DNA of 63,625 nt, the filler included. It is 6 parts of 6 records of this genome, joined end to end, with 100 filler letters (N's around TTAATTAATTAA, not from the genome) between each part and the next. Parts side by side here need not be neighbours in the genome. Positions count along the whole stretch, not along the records: positions 1 to 18,859 come from DRR723986_10402; 5 more parts are not named here. The stretch is one strand, 5' to 3'. How positions within the stretch are numbered: the first letter of the stretch is position 1; every line of letters begins with the position of its first letter. The position numbers were made by a program, and so were the translations under genes. This document shows, piece after piece, positions 10,040 through 18,959 of the stretch. The notes below the pieces were generated by a model that was not told the origin of the DNA, did not search any database, and saw nothing but the letters and a program-made list of their open reading frames with translations.

Positions 10040-11581
10040 CTAAAGCTTCGTTCGTTCCACCAGGTCGAACGACTCACCGGAAGAGACTTTTGTCTTCACC
10101 GTTGGCTCGCTTGGTTCCTTGTCGCGGCGATCGAAGAAGTAAACATCGCCACGCCCGGTAACTCGTGCCTGTTGACCGGTTACGATGATGGCGGTTGCTT
10201 CGTCGATGCCGATGCCAAGAAGCTGCGGATAGGTTTGGACTAGTTGCTCTTGATCGGGATGCCGACCGCGTTGCGTGAAGTGTTGATCGATGGCAACGCC
10301 AGGTAAAAAGCCAAGTCCACCACGTTCATAGCCAGGCGCGATGATGTCGAAGTTTTCGATCGGCGTCGATCGCGCGAGGTAGCGGGCCTGCACCGAAGCT
10401 CCCGCCGACGAACCGCCGATCACACCGCCTCGATTCAACACCGCGATCATTTGACGGTGAGTCGCGGTTCCGTAGTACGAATCTGCAAAATTCCATTGAC
10501 GACCGCCACCGAACCAGATCCCCGTGGCTCTTTTCAGCGGCGTATAAAAACTGACATCGGTGTTGGCTTTCACACGATCCTTCGTATGTAGAGTCACTGC
10601 ACTGGCGACGCCCATTCGTTTCCACAGGCGAACCATACTTGAGTTCGCTGGGACCTCGGCATCTTCTGTGCAAGGCACGTAGATCAAACGTGCATCCTTT
10701 CCACCAGCGTCTTCGACGAACTGTTCCATCAGCCCCTTTGGCATTCCACCGCCACCGACAATGTACAGTTTGCCATTCTCGACGATGGGACTGTCGGGAA
10801 CGGCTGGGGGGAATGCGTCTAAGCTTTCCTCCATTGCAATGCGACGCCACTGAGTGAGATCAAGCAGCCAATCTGTGATCGGCATCGACCGTGACTGCCG
10901 CGGCTTAATCGTCTTCACGCGATCGGTACCGTTGACGCATAGTTGGAATCCTCCGTCGCCGTAGCAAAGCATCTTGCGGCGAGAAAGCAGGACCACTGCG
11001 TCAGGCTCGAGCTTCAGTGCAAGCAAGGTCTCGTGTGTTTCCGTGTCGTTCTGTCCGTCGCCTACAGCGTCGGCTTGTGGGAGCTGAACTACGGTATCGA
11101 ACAATAGGCCGAAACCCTCGTCGTTATCGCTGGCAGCGGCGACAGCGGAGGAAACACAACACACCGAGCCGCCATCTTCAATAAAGCTCTGAAGCTTCTC
11201 CTTGATCTTAGAACGTGTCGCTGCATCGACATTGGTCGGCGAATGCCAGAGAATGACCGACTTGTCCTCGTCAAGCGAGGTTGCCGATGGATCGAGAAAG
11301 GATTTGGAGGTCAGACTGTTGAAGCCTTGCAATTCACTAGGTAGAGCAATTTCGTTGTCGAGTGAAAGGACGACCGCTTGGTCATCTGAGTCGATAGCAA
11401 TCTCACGAAAAACTCGAAGAGTTGCTTCAACATTCTCTCCAAGAATGACGCGCCCCGCGATCCGATGCTTCTCCGGCCAGTGCTCGTACTCTGCAACAAA
11501 ATCGGTTGCGTGCAATGGCTGACACGCTACGAAGGCGACCGCAAAAGACAGGACCTGAATTACTAACTGCGCGTGCTGCAT
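10040..11581 (-). CDS. Secreted cyanophycinase-like peptidase (S51) with an extra N-terminal domain
   Basis: Signal peptide; C-terminal half has 'IVGGG', 'GIWFGGGRQ', nucleophile 'GGSSAGA', 'IDQHF', 'GIGIDEAT'. Confidence 0.8.
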   Translation of the reverse strand: MQHAQLVIQVLSFAVAFVACQPLHATDFVAEYEHWPEKHRIAGRVILGENVEATLRVFREIAIDSDDQAVVLSLDNEIALPSELQGFNSLTSKSFLDPSATSLDEDKSVILWHSPTNVDAATRSKIKEKLQSFIEDGGSVCCVSSAVAAASDNDEGFGLLFDTVVQLPQADAVGDGQNDTETHETLLALKLEPDAVVLLSRRKMLCYGDGGFQLCVNGTDRVKTIKPRQSRSMPITDWLLDLTQWRRIAMEESLDAFPPAVPDSPIVENGKLYIVGGGGMPKGLMEQFVEDAGGKDARLIYVPCTEDAEVPANSSMVRLWKRMGVASAVTLHTKDRVKANTDVSFYTPLKRATGIWFGGGRQWNFADSYYGTATHRQMIAVLNRGGVIGGSSAGASVQARYLARSTPIENFDIIAPGYERGGLGFLPGVAIDQHFTQRGRHPDQEQLVQTYPQLLGIGIDEATAIIVTGQQARVTGRGDVYFFDRRDKEPSEPTVKTKVSSGESFDLVERTKL

Positions 11582-11683
11582 GGGATTGGAAATCCTGAGG
11601 ATAGGCTTCGGGACGGTCAGTGGGACTCTGCAGGTAGTCTAATTAGATGCCTAGGTCCCGATCGCAAATGAACAGCCGTTGAA

Positions 11684-12583
11684 TCATAGCAGATCCAACT
11701 GCTTGGGCTCTCGATACGGGGCGGGAATAGCCGGAAGCACCAAGTTGGCGTCCTCCGCAACAAGGCACTTTGACAATTCTTCATAGAACAGTCGCGCCAT
11801 CTGAGGAGCATGCGTGTCGTCGGGCGTGTGTGTGAACACGATCGGACTCAGGCCTTTGCGGATCCAGCCGGAAGCAATTTTGGCCCATTGCTGGATCTGA
11901 GGAAGCGCCTGGCGAACTTGGTTTCGACCAATCAGCCGAAGCATCGGCGACTGCCCCGCAACGGTCTGACGTACCGGTGTCTTGGGTTTTCTTTGCTGCG
12001 ACTTTCTCTCTGCCTCATCGTCCGGTTCACGGCTGAGAAGCGCCCGGGAATCAAATAGCACCTTATCGATATTTCGTTCGCGCAGTAACTGATTTGCCGC
12101 CCGTTCATTTGGGCCCTGGTCGTACCAATCAAGGTGCCGAAGCTCGACAGCCCAGGCGTAACCAGTTGGTAATCTGTCCAAAAACTGTTCCAGAGCACCG
12201 ATCTGGCGAGGCGAGAAATCAGGCCCCAGTTGCAGGAAAGTGCTACCAAGTCTTTCGGCGTCTCTCAAAATCGCAAGAGCGTCCAAGAATTGAGCAGTTT
12301 CCGATTCAGCACCGACTAGTTGTCGTTCGTGTGATACTGACCTCGGAAATTTCATGCAGAAGTGGAACCCCTGCGCGGAGATTTCTACCCATCGCCGAAC
12401 TTGCGATTCAGTTGGAATGGCGTAGAAACTGCTGTTGCCTTCAACTGTATTGAACATCCGTGAGTAGTATCGAAGGTAATCCCGCTGTGGTGTTCGGCGT
12501 GGATAGACGTCGCCCACCCAGTTCGAGCAGCCGAAGACAGGGCAACCCAGCCTGATCGGAAGCTTCGGTGTGACATGACTCAT
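11684..12583 (-). CDS. DUF72 (YecE-like) protein
   Basis: 'FNTVEGNSSFYAIP', 'MKFPRSVSH', 'FLQLGPDF', 'AVELRH'. Confidence 0.88.
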   Translation of the reverse strand: MSHVTPKLPIRLGCPVFGCSNWVGDVYPRRTPQRDYLRYYSRMFNTVEGNSSFYAIPTESQVRRWVEISAQGFHFCMKFPRSVSHERQLVGAESETAQFLDALAILRDAERLGSTFLQLGPDFSPRQIGALEQFLDRLPTGYAWAVELRHLDWYDQGPNERAANQLLRERNIDKVLFDSRALLSREPDDEAERKSQQRKPKTPVRQTVAGQSPMLRLIGRNQVRQALPQIQQWAKIASGWIRKGLSPIVFTHTPDDTHAPQMARLFYEELSKCLVAEDANLVLPAIPAPYREPKQLDLL

Positions 12584-12602
12584 GGGTGCACCGGCGTCGA
12601 GG

Positions 12603-14291
12603 TCATTCGTAATCCCACTTGCTGATCCACGGATCCTTCGTCTTTCGCTGTAGTGCTTTCAACCGAGATTTCATGTCCGCAAGCAGTTGGGCGTGTTCGG
12701 GCTTGAGCGCCAAATTGTCCGACTCATCTGGGTCGTTGGCAATGTCGTACAGCTCGAACTGTTCGCGTTGAATGTACTGCTGCACTGTTCTCTTTCCGTA
12801 CAGCGTCTGTGGGCCCTTCGTGTAGCGGTCTTGCCACGTCGGAGCGGCCCAAAGATCTGACGCGAATGGGTAGGGCAGTTGATAGGCGATATTCCAAATC
12901 AGTTTGTAGCGATCGTTGTGGACCACCCGCATCGGGTAGTACATCTGAATCTCATGGAAGGTATGCGACGCAAAGACTTCCTTCCATTGATCGGGAGCGG
13001 TTTGCTTGTTCAAAATCGAGCGCCAACTGCGTCCATGAAAATCCTTCTTCGCGTTCTTAGATCGTCCAAGTGCACCGGCGAAGTCCAGAATTGTCGGCGC
13101 GAGATCGACATGACTGAGGTAAGCGTCATTCTCGCGGACCAAAGCAGCCGAATTCTGTTCACCAGGATCACTCGTACTCGATGCATCCTTCGCCTGTCCA
13201 CGCGAAGCTGCTTTGGCTAATTGCGGCGTCTTCACAATCATTGGCACTCTCATTCCGGGTTCGTAGAGTGTGGTCTTTGCGCCTGGAAACGCCATTCCAT
13301 GGTCACTGGTGAAGATGATGACTGTATTGTCGTACTTGCCCAGCGACTTCAGATTGGCAACTAGCTGCCCAAGGCCGGCGTCAATACGCGAAATGCTCTC
13401 GTAGTACATGGCCAACTCCGCTCGGCAGACCGGCGTATCGGGCAGGAAGCTCGGCACAATAACCTTCTCGGGATCGTAGTACTCGCTCGCTATCCCTTCG
13501 TAGCCCTCAGGCCGATTCCCAAAAGGGTTCGGTCGGTGGGGCAGATCCTCGCGCCTACCGCCACTGCGATGCGGATCGGACGTGCAAAAATACAAAAAGA
13601 ACGGCTCCGCGGACTCAGCGTCTTGCAAGTGGTCGCGAACCGCGTTGGCCATCTGTACCGGATTGCGTGAGTTGCCGCTGAGTGTTGTCCCGAACTCGAA
13701 GACTTCCCCCGGTGCAACGTGATACTTGCCAATCCGTACGGTTTGGTACCCTGCCTCAGTCAGGCGGACAGGCAGGCTCTTTACGCGATCAAATGCACTA
13801 AAGTGGTGATAACTGTGTTGGTGACCGTAGTGTCCATTGAAGTGGTTGTGCAAACCAGTCAGGATAACTGAGCGGGACGCACTGCAACTGGCCGTCGTGC
13901 AAAATGCATTTCGAAAGATCACCCCCTCACTGGCGAGCATGTCCATATTGGGTGTTCGAATCGCGTCGTTGCCGTACGCGCCAATGTCCTGACTCTGATC
14001 GTCGGTCACAAACAGAACGATATTAGGCCTAGTCTCTGCATCCTCAGCGAAAGAGTTACTTGGTGCAAATACTAAGGCGGACACAGCGGCAACCAGTGAC
14101 ACGAGTCGCAGAATGATGCGCCTGTTGTTGTCATGGGGTTTGCGTGTCTGTGACCGCTGTAGTCGTTCTCTGAGGTGAAGCATGATCGTTCGTGTTGTTG
14201 AAGTAGTGGTTTGATTTGCGACCGGTGCGGCGTCGTTCGACCTTGGAGTAGTAGGCGGCGTGAGCGGAGTAGCCTGATCTGCGGAGTCCAA
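12603..14291 (-). CDS. Formylglycine-dependent sulfatase (N-sulfoglucosamine sulfohydrolase-like)
   Basis: 'RPNIVLFVTDDQ', 'CSASR' (CxAxR), 'GKYHV', 'FTSDHG', 'ELYDIANDPDE'; true start probably downstream of 14291. Confidence 0.9.
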   Translation of the reverse strand: MDSADQATPLTPPTTPRSNDAAPVANQTTTSTTRTIMLHLRERLQRSQTRKPHDNNRRIILRLVSLVAAVSALVFAPSNSFAEDAETRPNIVLFVTDDQSQDIGAYGNDAIRTPNMDMLASEGVIFRNAFCTTASCSASRSVILTGLHNHFNGHYGHQHSYHHFSAFDRVKSLPVRLTEAGYQTVRIGKYHVAPGEVFEFGTTLSGNSRNPVQMANAVRDHLQDAESAEPFFLYFCTSDPHRSGGRREDLPHRPNPFGNRPEGYEGIASEYYDPEKVIVPSFLPDTPVCRAELAMYYESISRIDAGLGQLVANLKSLGKYDNTVIIFTSDHGMAFPGAKTTLYEPGMRVPMIVKTPQLAKAASRGQAKDASSTSDPGEQNSAALVRENDAYLSHVDLAPTILDFAGALGRSKNAKKDFHGRSWRSILNKQTAPDQWKEVFASHTFHEIQMYYPMRVVHNDRYKLIWNIAYQLPYPFASDLWAAPTWQDRYTKGPQTLYGKRTVQQYIQREQFELYDIANDPDESDNLALKPEHAQLLADMKSRLKALQRKTKDPWISKWDYE

Positions 14292-14300
14292 ACGGTAGTG

Positions 14301-15806
14301 CTACGCCCAGTTCTTGGATCGCTCAACCGCTTCGCTCCATCGCCCACGCAGCCGTTTGGCTTCCGATCGCGGCATCTCGGGTGTAAACGTTCGATCAGCT
14401 TGCCAAACCTGTTCGAGCTCCCGAGTACTGGCCCAGACGCCGACTCCAATACCTGCCATGAAACCAACGCCCAGCGCAGTTGACTCAAAGACCTTCGGCC
14501 GAACAACTTCGACGCCAAGAATGTCGGCTTGGAATTGCATCAGCGTATCATTCATAGCCGCACCGCCGTCGACTCGCAGCGATCGGATCTTGAGTTTCGA
14601 ATCGCTCCGCATCGCCTCAAGAACGTCGGCCGTTTGGTAGGCGATGGACTCAAGGGCGGCACGAGCTACGTGGGCTTTGGTGGTCCCACGAGACATTCCG
14701 ACCATACTGCCTCGGGCGTAGGAATCCCAGTGCGGAGCTCCCAAGCCGGCGAAGGCGGGCACGAGGTAGACTCCCCCATTGTCTGGGACCTCCAAAGCGA
14801 GTTGCTCGACGTCCTCAGTCTTGCGGAACAGCTTGAGACCATCTCGCAGCCACTGAACAACGGCTCCGGCGACAAAAATGCTGCCCTCCAAAGCGTATTC
14901 TCGCTTGCCGCCAATATCCCACGCGGTTGTGCTGAGCAAGTTGTTTTCGGAAGTACGACGTTTTGCACCGGTGTGCATCAGCATGAAGCATCCTGTGCCA
15001 TAGGTGTTCTTAACCATGCCCGGGCGCACGCACTGTTGTCCGAATAGTGCCGCGTGTTGATCCCCCGCGATGCCGGTAATTGGGATCGTTGCCCCCAGTA
15101 GTTTTTTCTCTGTTTCGCCAACAAAGCCGCTGGAGGGCACAATCTCCGGAAGAGCCCCAATTGGAACGCGCAGCTCCTTGCAGATGCTTGCATCCCACTC
15201 GGCTAGCCCGATGTCGCAAAGGAGTGTGCGGGACGCGTTGGAAAAATCAGTAGCATGAACTGCACCACGCTCGGATGATCCGCCTGTTAGCTTCCAGATG
15301 AGCCAACTGTCGACGGTGCCGAGCATTAGATTCCCGGCCCGCTGCAAGCTCCTCGCCTCTGGAACGTTCTTCATGATCCAGGCGTATTTGGTTCCCGAAA
15401 AATAGGCGTCAATCACCAACCCGGTCTTGTCGATGATTTGTGCAGCGAGATCGCGCTTCTTCAGCTTGTCGCAGGCTGGGGCCGTTCGTCGATCTTGCCA
15501 AACGATGGCATTGCAGATCGGCTGTCCCGTCCGCTTGTCCCAAGCAACGGCTGTCTCGCGCTGGTTCGTGATCCCGATGGCTGCAATCTGGTTAGCCGCA
15601 ATCTTCGCCTTTCGGAGAACCGACCGCGCCGTTGCCAACTGAGTTTTCCACATCTCTTCTGGATCGTGCTCGACGAGCCCAGACGCGGGAAACTGTTGAG
15701 TGAACTCTTTCTGCGCGACGGCTACAACTCCGCCCGCCTGGTCGATCAGGACACTACGAGAGCTTGTCGTTCCCTGGTCCAGTGCCAGAATGTACTTTGT
15801 CGTCAA
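14301..15806 (-). CDS. glpK: Glycerol kinase
   Basis: '[11 protein letters not shown]', 'GITNQRET', '[10 protein letters not shown]', 'KNTYGTGCF', 'VDGGA'; TTG start with GGGAG RBS. Confidence 0.96.
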   Translation of the reverse strand: MTTKYILALDQGTTSSRSVLIDQAGGVVAVAQKEFTQQFPASGLVEHDPEEMWKTQLATARSVLRKAKIAANQIAAIGITNQRETAVAWDKRTGQPICNAIVWQDRRTAPACDKLKKRDLAAQIIDKTGLVIDAYFSGTKYAWIMKNVPEARSLQRAGNLMLGTVDSWLIWKLTGGSSERGAVHATDFSNASRTLLCDIGLAEWDASICKELRVPIGALPEIVPSSGFVGETEKKLLGATIPITGIAGDQHAALFGQQCVRPGMVKNTYGTGCFMLMHTGAKRRTSENNLLSTTAWDIGGKREYALEGSIFVAGAVVQWLRDGLKLFRKTEDVEQLALEVPDNGGVYLVPAFAGLGAPHWDSYARGSMVGMSRGTTKAHVARAALESIAYQTADVLEAMRSDSKLKIRSLRVDGGAAMNDTLMQFQADILGVEVVRPKVFESTALGVGFMAGIGVGVWASTRELEQVWQADRTFTPEMPRSEAKRLRGRWSEAVERSKNWA

Positions 15807-15865
15807 TCTAAACTCCCGATGCAATTCCCTGATTATGCGATCCCGCCAGACTTACCCTTGTCGCG

Positions 15866-17551
15866 TTATTCGCTCGCAGCCGTGCTTGCGGTTTCGTCTA
15901 AATCGCTCGACAGGGTGTCTTGTCCAGTTGCACGCAAGTAACCTGCCCAGCAGAACATCAGCACACCTACGATAACGTATCCACCAACCCACTGCATAAC
16001 TTGTGGCAAGTTCTCGGCAGGGAGAACAATGCTATCTGGTAGAATGCCACCACTGATGGGAAACAGAATTGGCGTCGTGGGGAGCGGAGAGTGCATCAAT
16101 CCGAACAGTGTACAAGCCGCCGCGCCAAAGTTAAAAAGTCCGGCAGCGACCAGGCGTCGATCGATCGCCATGGCCATCGAAGCGGCCCAGAAGATGGCCG
16201 TCAAGATAAAGCCATTGGCAAGCTCTAGGGTTGTCGAAAGTTTGCTTTGCAGTTCGTCGGAGAACACGTCGGCAGGATTCGTACCGGCCGCAAACATGCT
16301 ACCCTGCATCTCCCCTGCAAAGATGTTCAACAACACCGCCAACGCGGGAACACAAGCCAAAGCGACGGCAGGATAATGACGCCGCGGAGTCGCAAGAAAG
16401 CTTTGAGCGGCTATTTCAAGTCCCACAAAAACTAGAATTGGATAAACGGCCGCCTTTGGCAAGAACTCGTAAAAGTAGCCAAAGTAGCCTGTCGTTCCAA
16501 GCAAGCCGATCGTTAGGGCTGTTGCCAGCGTGTATGCCGCTCGACCTCCCATCGCTTTGTAGGCTGGGTGTCCGATGTAAGGCGTTGTCTGGATGACGGC
16601 ACCGCACATTGCCGCCAGGAGTGTGGCGAAAGCTTCGATTCCGATCACCGTGTTAGTGTTATATTCATCGCCCGCTGCTGCTGCACTTTCGGTGCAATCA
16701 ATACCACCAACGACCGTCGCGAGTGCAAACGGAATCACGATAGGAAGGTAGTTCACTGTGTCACCCATCGCAGACAGCCAGCTAAAACTGAGGGCCGTAA
16801 GCCACTCGCTCGGCCACAGCCCTAGAGCTGGATCGAGGCTTGAAGCTTCTCCCGACTCGATCACTCCCAGACTACGCATAATGACGAAAAGAACGCCCGC
16901 GACGACTAGGCCACCAACTGCACCGGGAATCTTCAAAGGTAGCGGTACTTTGCCAACTAGGGCCGTCAAGATGACTGCCAGGGCGACGAGTCCGACGATT
17001 GGTTCGCGAAGTACTTCAAGAAGCGGTTGATATGTAATGAGGACCAGTGCAATCGCCGCCAGCGAGCCCAACAGGCCGGCTCGGGGAACAACACTGCGAA
17101 CCCAGCCGCTGCCGAAGGCGCAGACTAGCTTGATCAGGCCGCTGACAAAGATGCTGCATATACCGATCTGCCACGCCTTCATTGCTGCAGCCATCTGCGT
17201 CGCTTCGTCAGGATCGCTCACTCCACCAAGCGCCGCCACGTATGCCGGACCAAGCACAAAGAAGACCATGCCAAAGGTGCTTGGCGTGTCCAGCCCGAGA
17301 GGCATCGCGGTGATGTCGTCGCGGCCAGTCTTTCGCGCCAGCACGAAGGCTAGCCAGAAGAATGCTAAGTCGCCGACCAGCACGCCAATTGCGGTGCCTG
17401 GGATCATGTAGCGAAGTGCGAATTCCGCCGGAAAGCCGAAGTTCATTTGCAGCAGGCTGACGATCAGCAAAAGGCCAGCAACGTTATCGAGCATCAACCC
17501 GAAGAACGCATTGATGTCGCCCAGCGATGCCCAGCGATATCTGCTCTTCAT
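15866..17551 (-). CDS. NCS2/AzgA-like permease (xanthine/uracil/vitamin C permease-related)
   Basis: 12 or more TM segments; 'GDINAFFGLMLDN', 'TAMPLGLDTPS', 'TTPYIGHPAYKAMGGRAAY'. Confidence 0.75.
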   Translation of the reverse strand: MKSRYRWASLGDINAFFGLMLDNVAGLLLIVSLLQMNFGFPAEFALRYMIPGTAIGVLVGDLAFFWLAFVLARKTGRDDITAMPLGLDTPSTFGMVFFVLGPAYVAALGGVSDPDEATQMAAAMKAWQIGICSIFVSGLIKLVCAFGSGWVRSVVPRAGLLGSLAAIALVLITYQPLLEVLREPIVGLVALAVILTALVGKVPLPLKIPGAVGGLVVAGVLFVIMRSLGVIESGEASSLDPALGLWPSEWLTALSFSWLSAMGDTVNYLPIVIPFALATVVGGIDCTESAAAAGDEYNTNTVIGIEAFATLLAAMCGAVIQTTPYIGHPAYKAMGGRAAYTLATALTIGLLGTTGYFGYFYEFLPKAAVYPILVFVGLEIAAQSFLATPRRHYPAVALACVPALAVLLNIFAGEMQGSMFAAGTNPADVFSDELQSKLSTTLELANGFILTAIFWAASMAMAIDRRLVAAGLFNFGAAACTLFGLMHSPLPTTPILFPISGGILPDSIVLPAENLPQVMQWVGGYVIVGVLMFCWAGYLRATGQDTLSSDLDETASTAASE

Positions 17552-17923
17552 AGATTTTCTCCGCAGTATTCAGACAGTGGCAAAGCGGAGACGCTCGCTT
17601 TGCCAGCATTTTATAGCGGAGTAAGTTAGCAGAATTGTTGCGAAAGAGTACTCTGTTTCTCAACAGCCATGGGCCGTGCTGAGAACGCGAACGCTCACCG
17701 ATAGCAGTGCGAGTCGCACGAGTCGTTAAAGACGTCGGATATTCACTTTTCCGACCTATCGCGAGATTGGCGACCGGAGATCGAAGAAGGCGCAGAAGCA
17801 CACCTTCGTGAATTCGCAATCGACTACAACATGCGAAGTCTTGCAATGCTGTAGGCCATCGAATATTGCCCAGCCGGTGCGCTCTTGTCGCTGATCTATT
17901 GCTGCGACAGTAAAACTGAGCCG

Positions 17924-18250
17924 CTACTCGGTGACAGCAACTTTTTGCTTCTGAATGAAGTGATACTCACCAGACTTGTCGGAAAGTTTCGAAGCCCGCT
18001 TCTCAGCTTCGCCCTTCTGGTCAAATTCGAACAGTGCGACGCGTTTCAGGTTCTGATTGAAAACCGCCCAGTAAATTCGAGTGCGGCTTTCAGTCTTGGC
18101 CTTCTTTCGGGTGCGGGTCGCGGTTGCCGTGGTGGCGGGAGCTTCTTCGGACTTCGCGGCGACCTTTTTCTTGGTCACTCGAGTGGAGGCCTTCGCTGCA
18201 GATCGGGTCTTTGGCGCGGCTTTGGAGACAGTAGTGGCACGAGCTGCCAT
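17924..18250 (-). CDS. Small basic protein with a Lys/Ala/Thr-rich N-terminal tail and a compact C-terminal domain
   Basis: ATG 18250 preceded by an AAGGAG RBS; 108 aa; low-complexity basic N-half, 'IYWAVFNQNLKRVALFEF' C-half. Confidence 0.75.
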   Translation of the reverse strand: MAARATTVSKAAPKTRSAAKASTRVTKKKVAAKSEEAPATTATATRTRKKAKTESRTRIYWAVFNQNLKRVALFEFDQKGEAEKRASKLSDKSGEYHFIQKQKVAVTE

Positions 18251-18836
18251 GGTTGAAGCTCCTTGACGAAACAGAATAAGTACTGAAGAGAATGGAAAAA
18301 TGGCACGAGAGTGCGTGGCCGGCATCCTTGATATTGCTCGCCCGCTACGAATGCAGACGTCTCTTCCATGGAGAGCCAAGGCAATTGCACCGCATTCTGG
18401 AGGTAGGACAGGTCGCACGTCAGCGTCTATCACGTCACCGACAGCAACCTAAGCGAATGCTGATTTCTCACGAACCCGGGCGCTGGGTAGCGATGATGGT
18501 TCACAATCCGTCAAATTGGTAGGCAGTCTTATCTCTTGACCGAGACCTATTATAACCGCTCTCACTCGAATTTCCCAGCAAACACGCTCCATGTGCGAAA
18601 TCTATTTCCACTTTCCGAACCAAAAAAGCTTGACTTTGCCGTCTGGGAAGTGAGCAAGCTCCCTGTCGATTAACGTGCCTCGCATGCCTGCAGCATCGTT
18701 TTCGACCTATTTCCGCCACTCCTCTGCCAGGACGCTTTCCTTCCACACCATATTGTCACCACTCCCACTCTGGCCCTCGGAGGGGCATCAGCCAAAGCGA
18801 GCATCCAACACGGGCTACCCGCTTCGTCATCACGTC

Positions 18837-18857
18837 ACCTCTCCCTCTGGGAGAGGT
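18837..18857. repeat. REP-like palindrome ACCTCTCCC-TCT-GGGAGAGGT at the contig end
   Basis: Perfect 9-bp inverted repeat with a 3-nt loop; the contig breaks 2 nt later, consistent with a dispersed repeat. Confidence 0.55.
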
Positions 18858-18859
18858 CG

Positions 18860-18959
18860 NNNNNNNNNNNNNNNNNNNNNNNNNNNNNNNNNNNNNNNNN
18901 NNNTTAATTAATTAANNNNNNNNNNNNNNNNNNNNNNNNNNNNNNNNNNNNNNNNNNNN
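18860..18959. other. Artificial contig spacer (N44-TTAATTAATTAA-N44)
   Basis: Identical 100-bp spacer recurs five times and has stop codons in all six frames. Confidence 0.99.
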
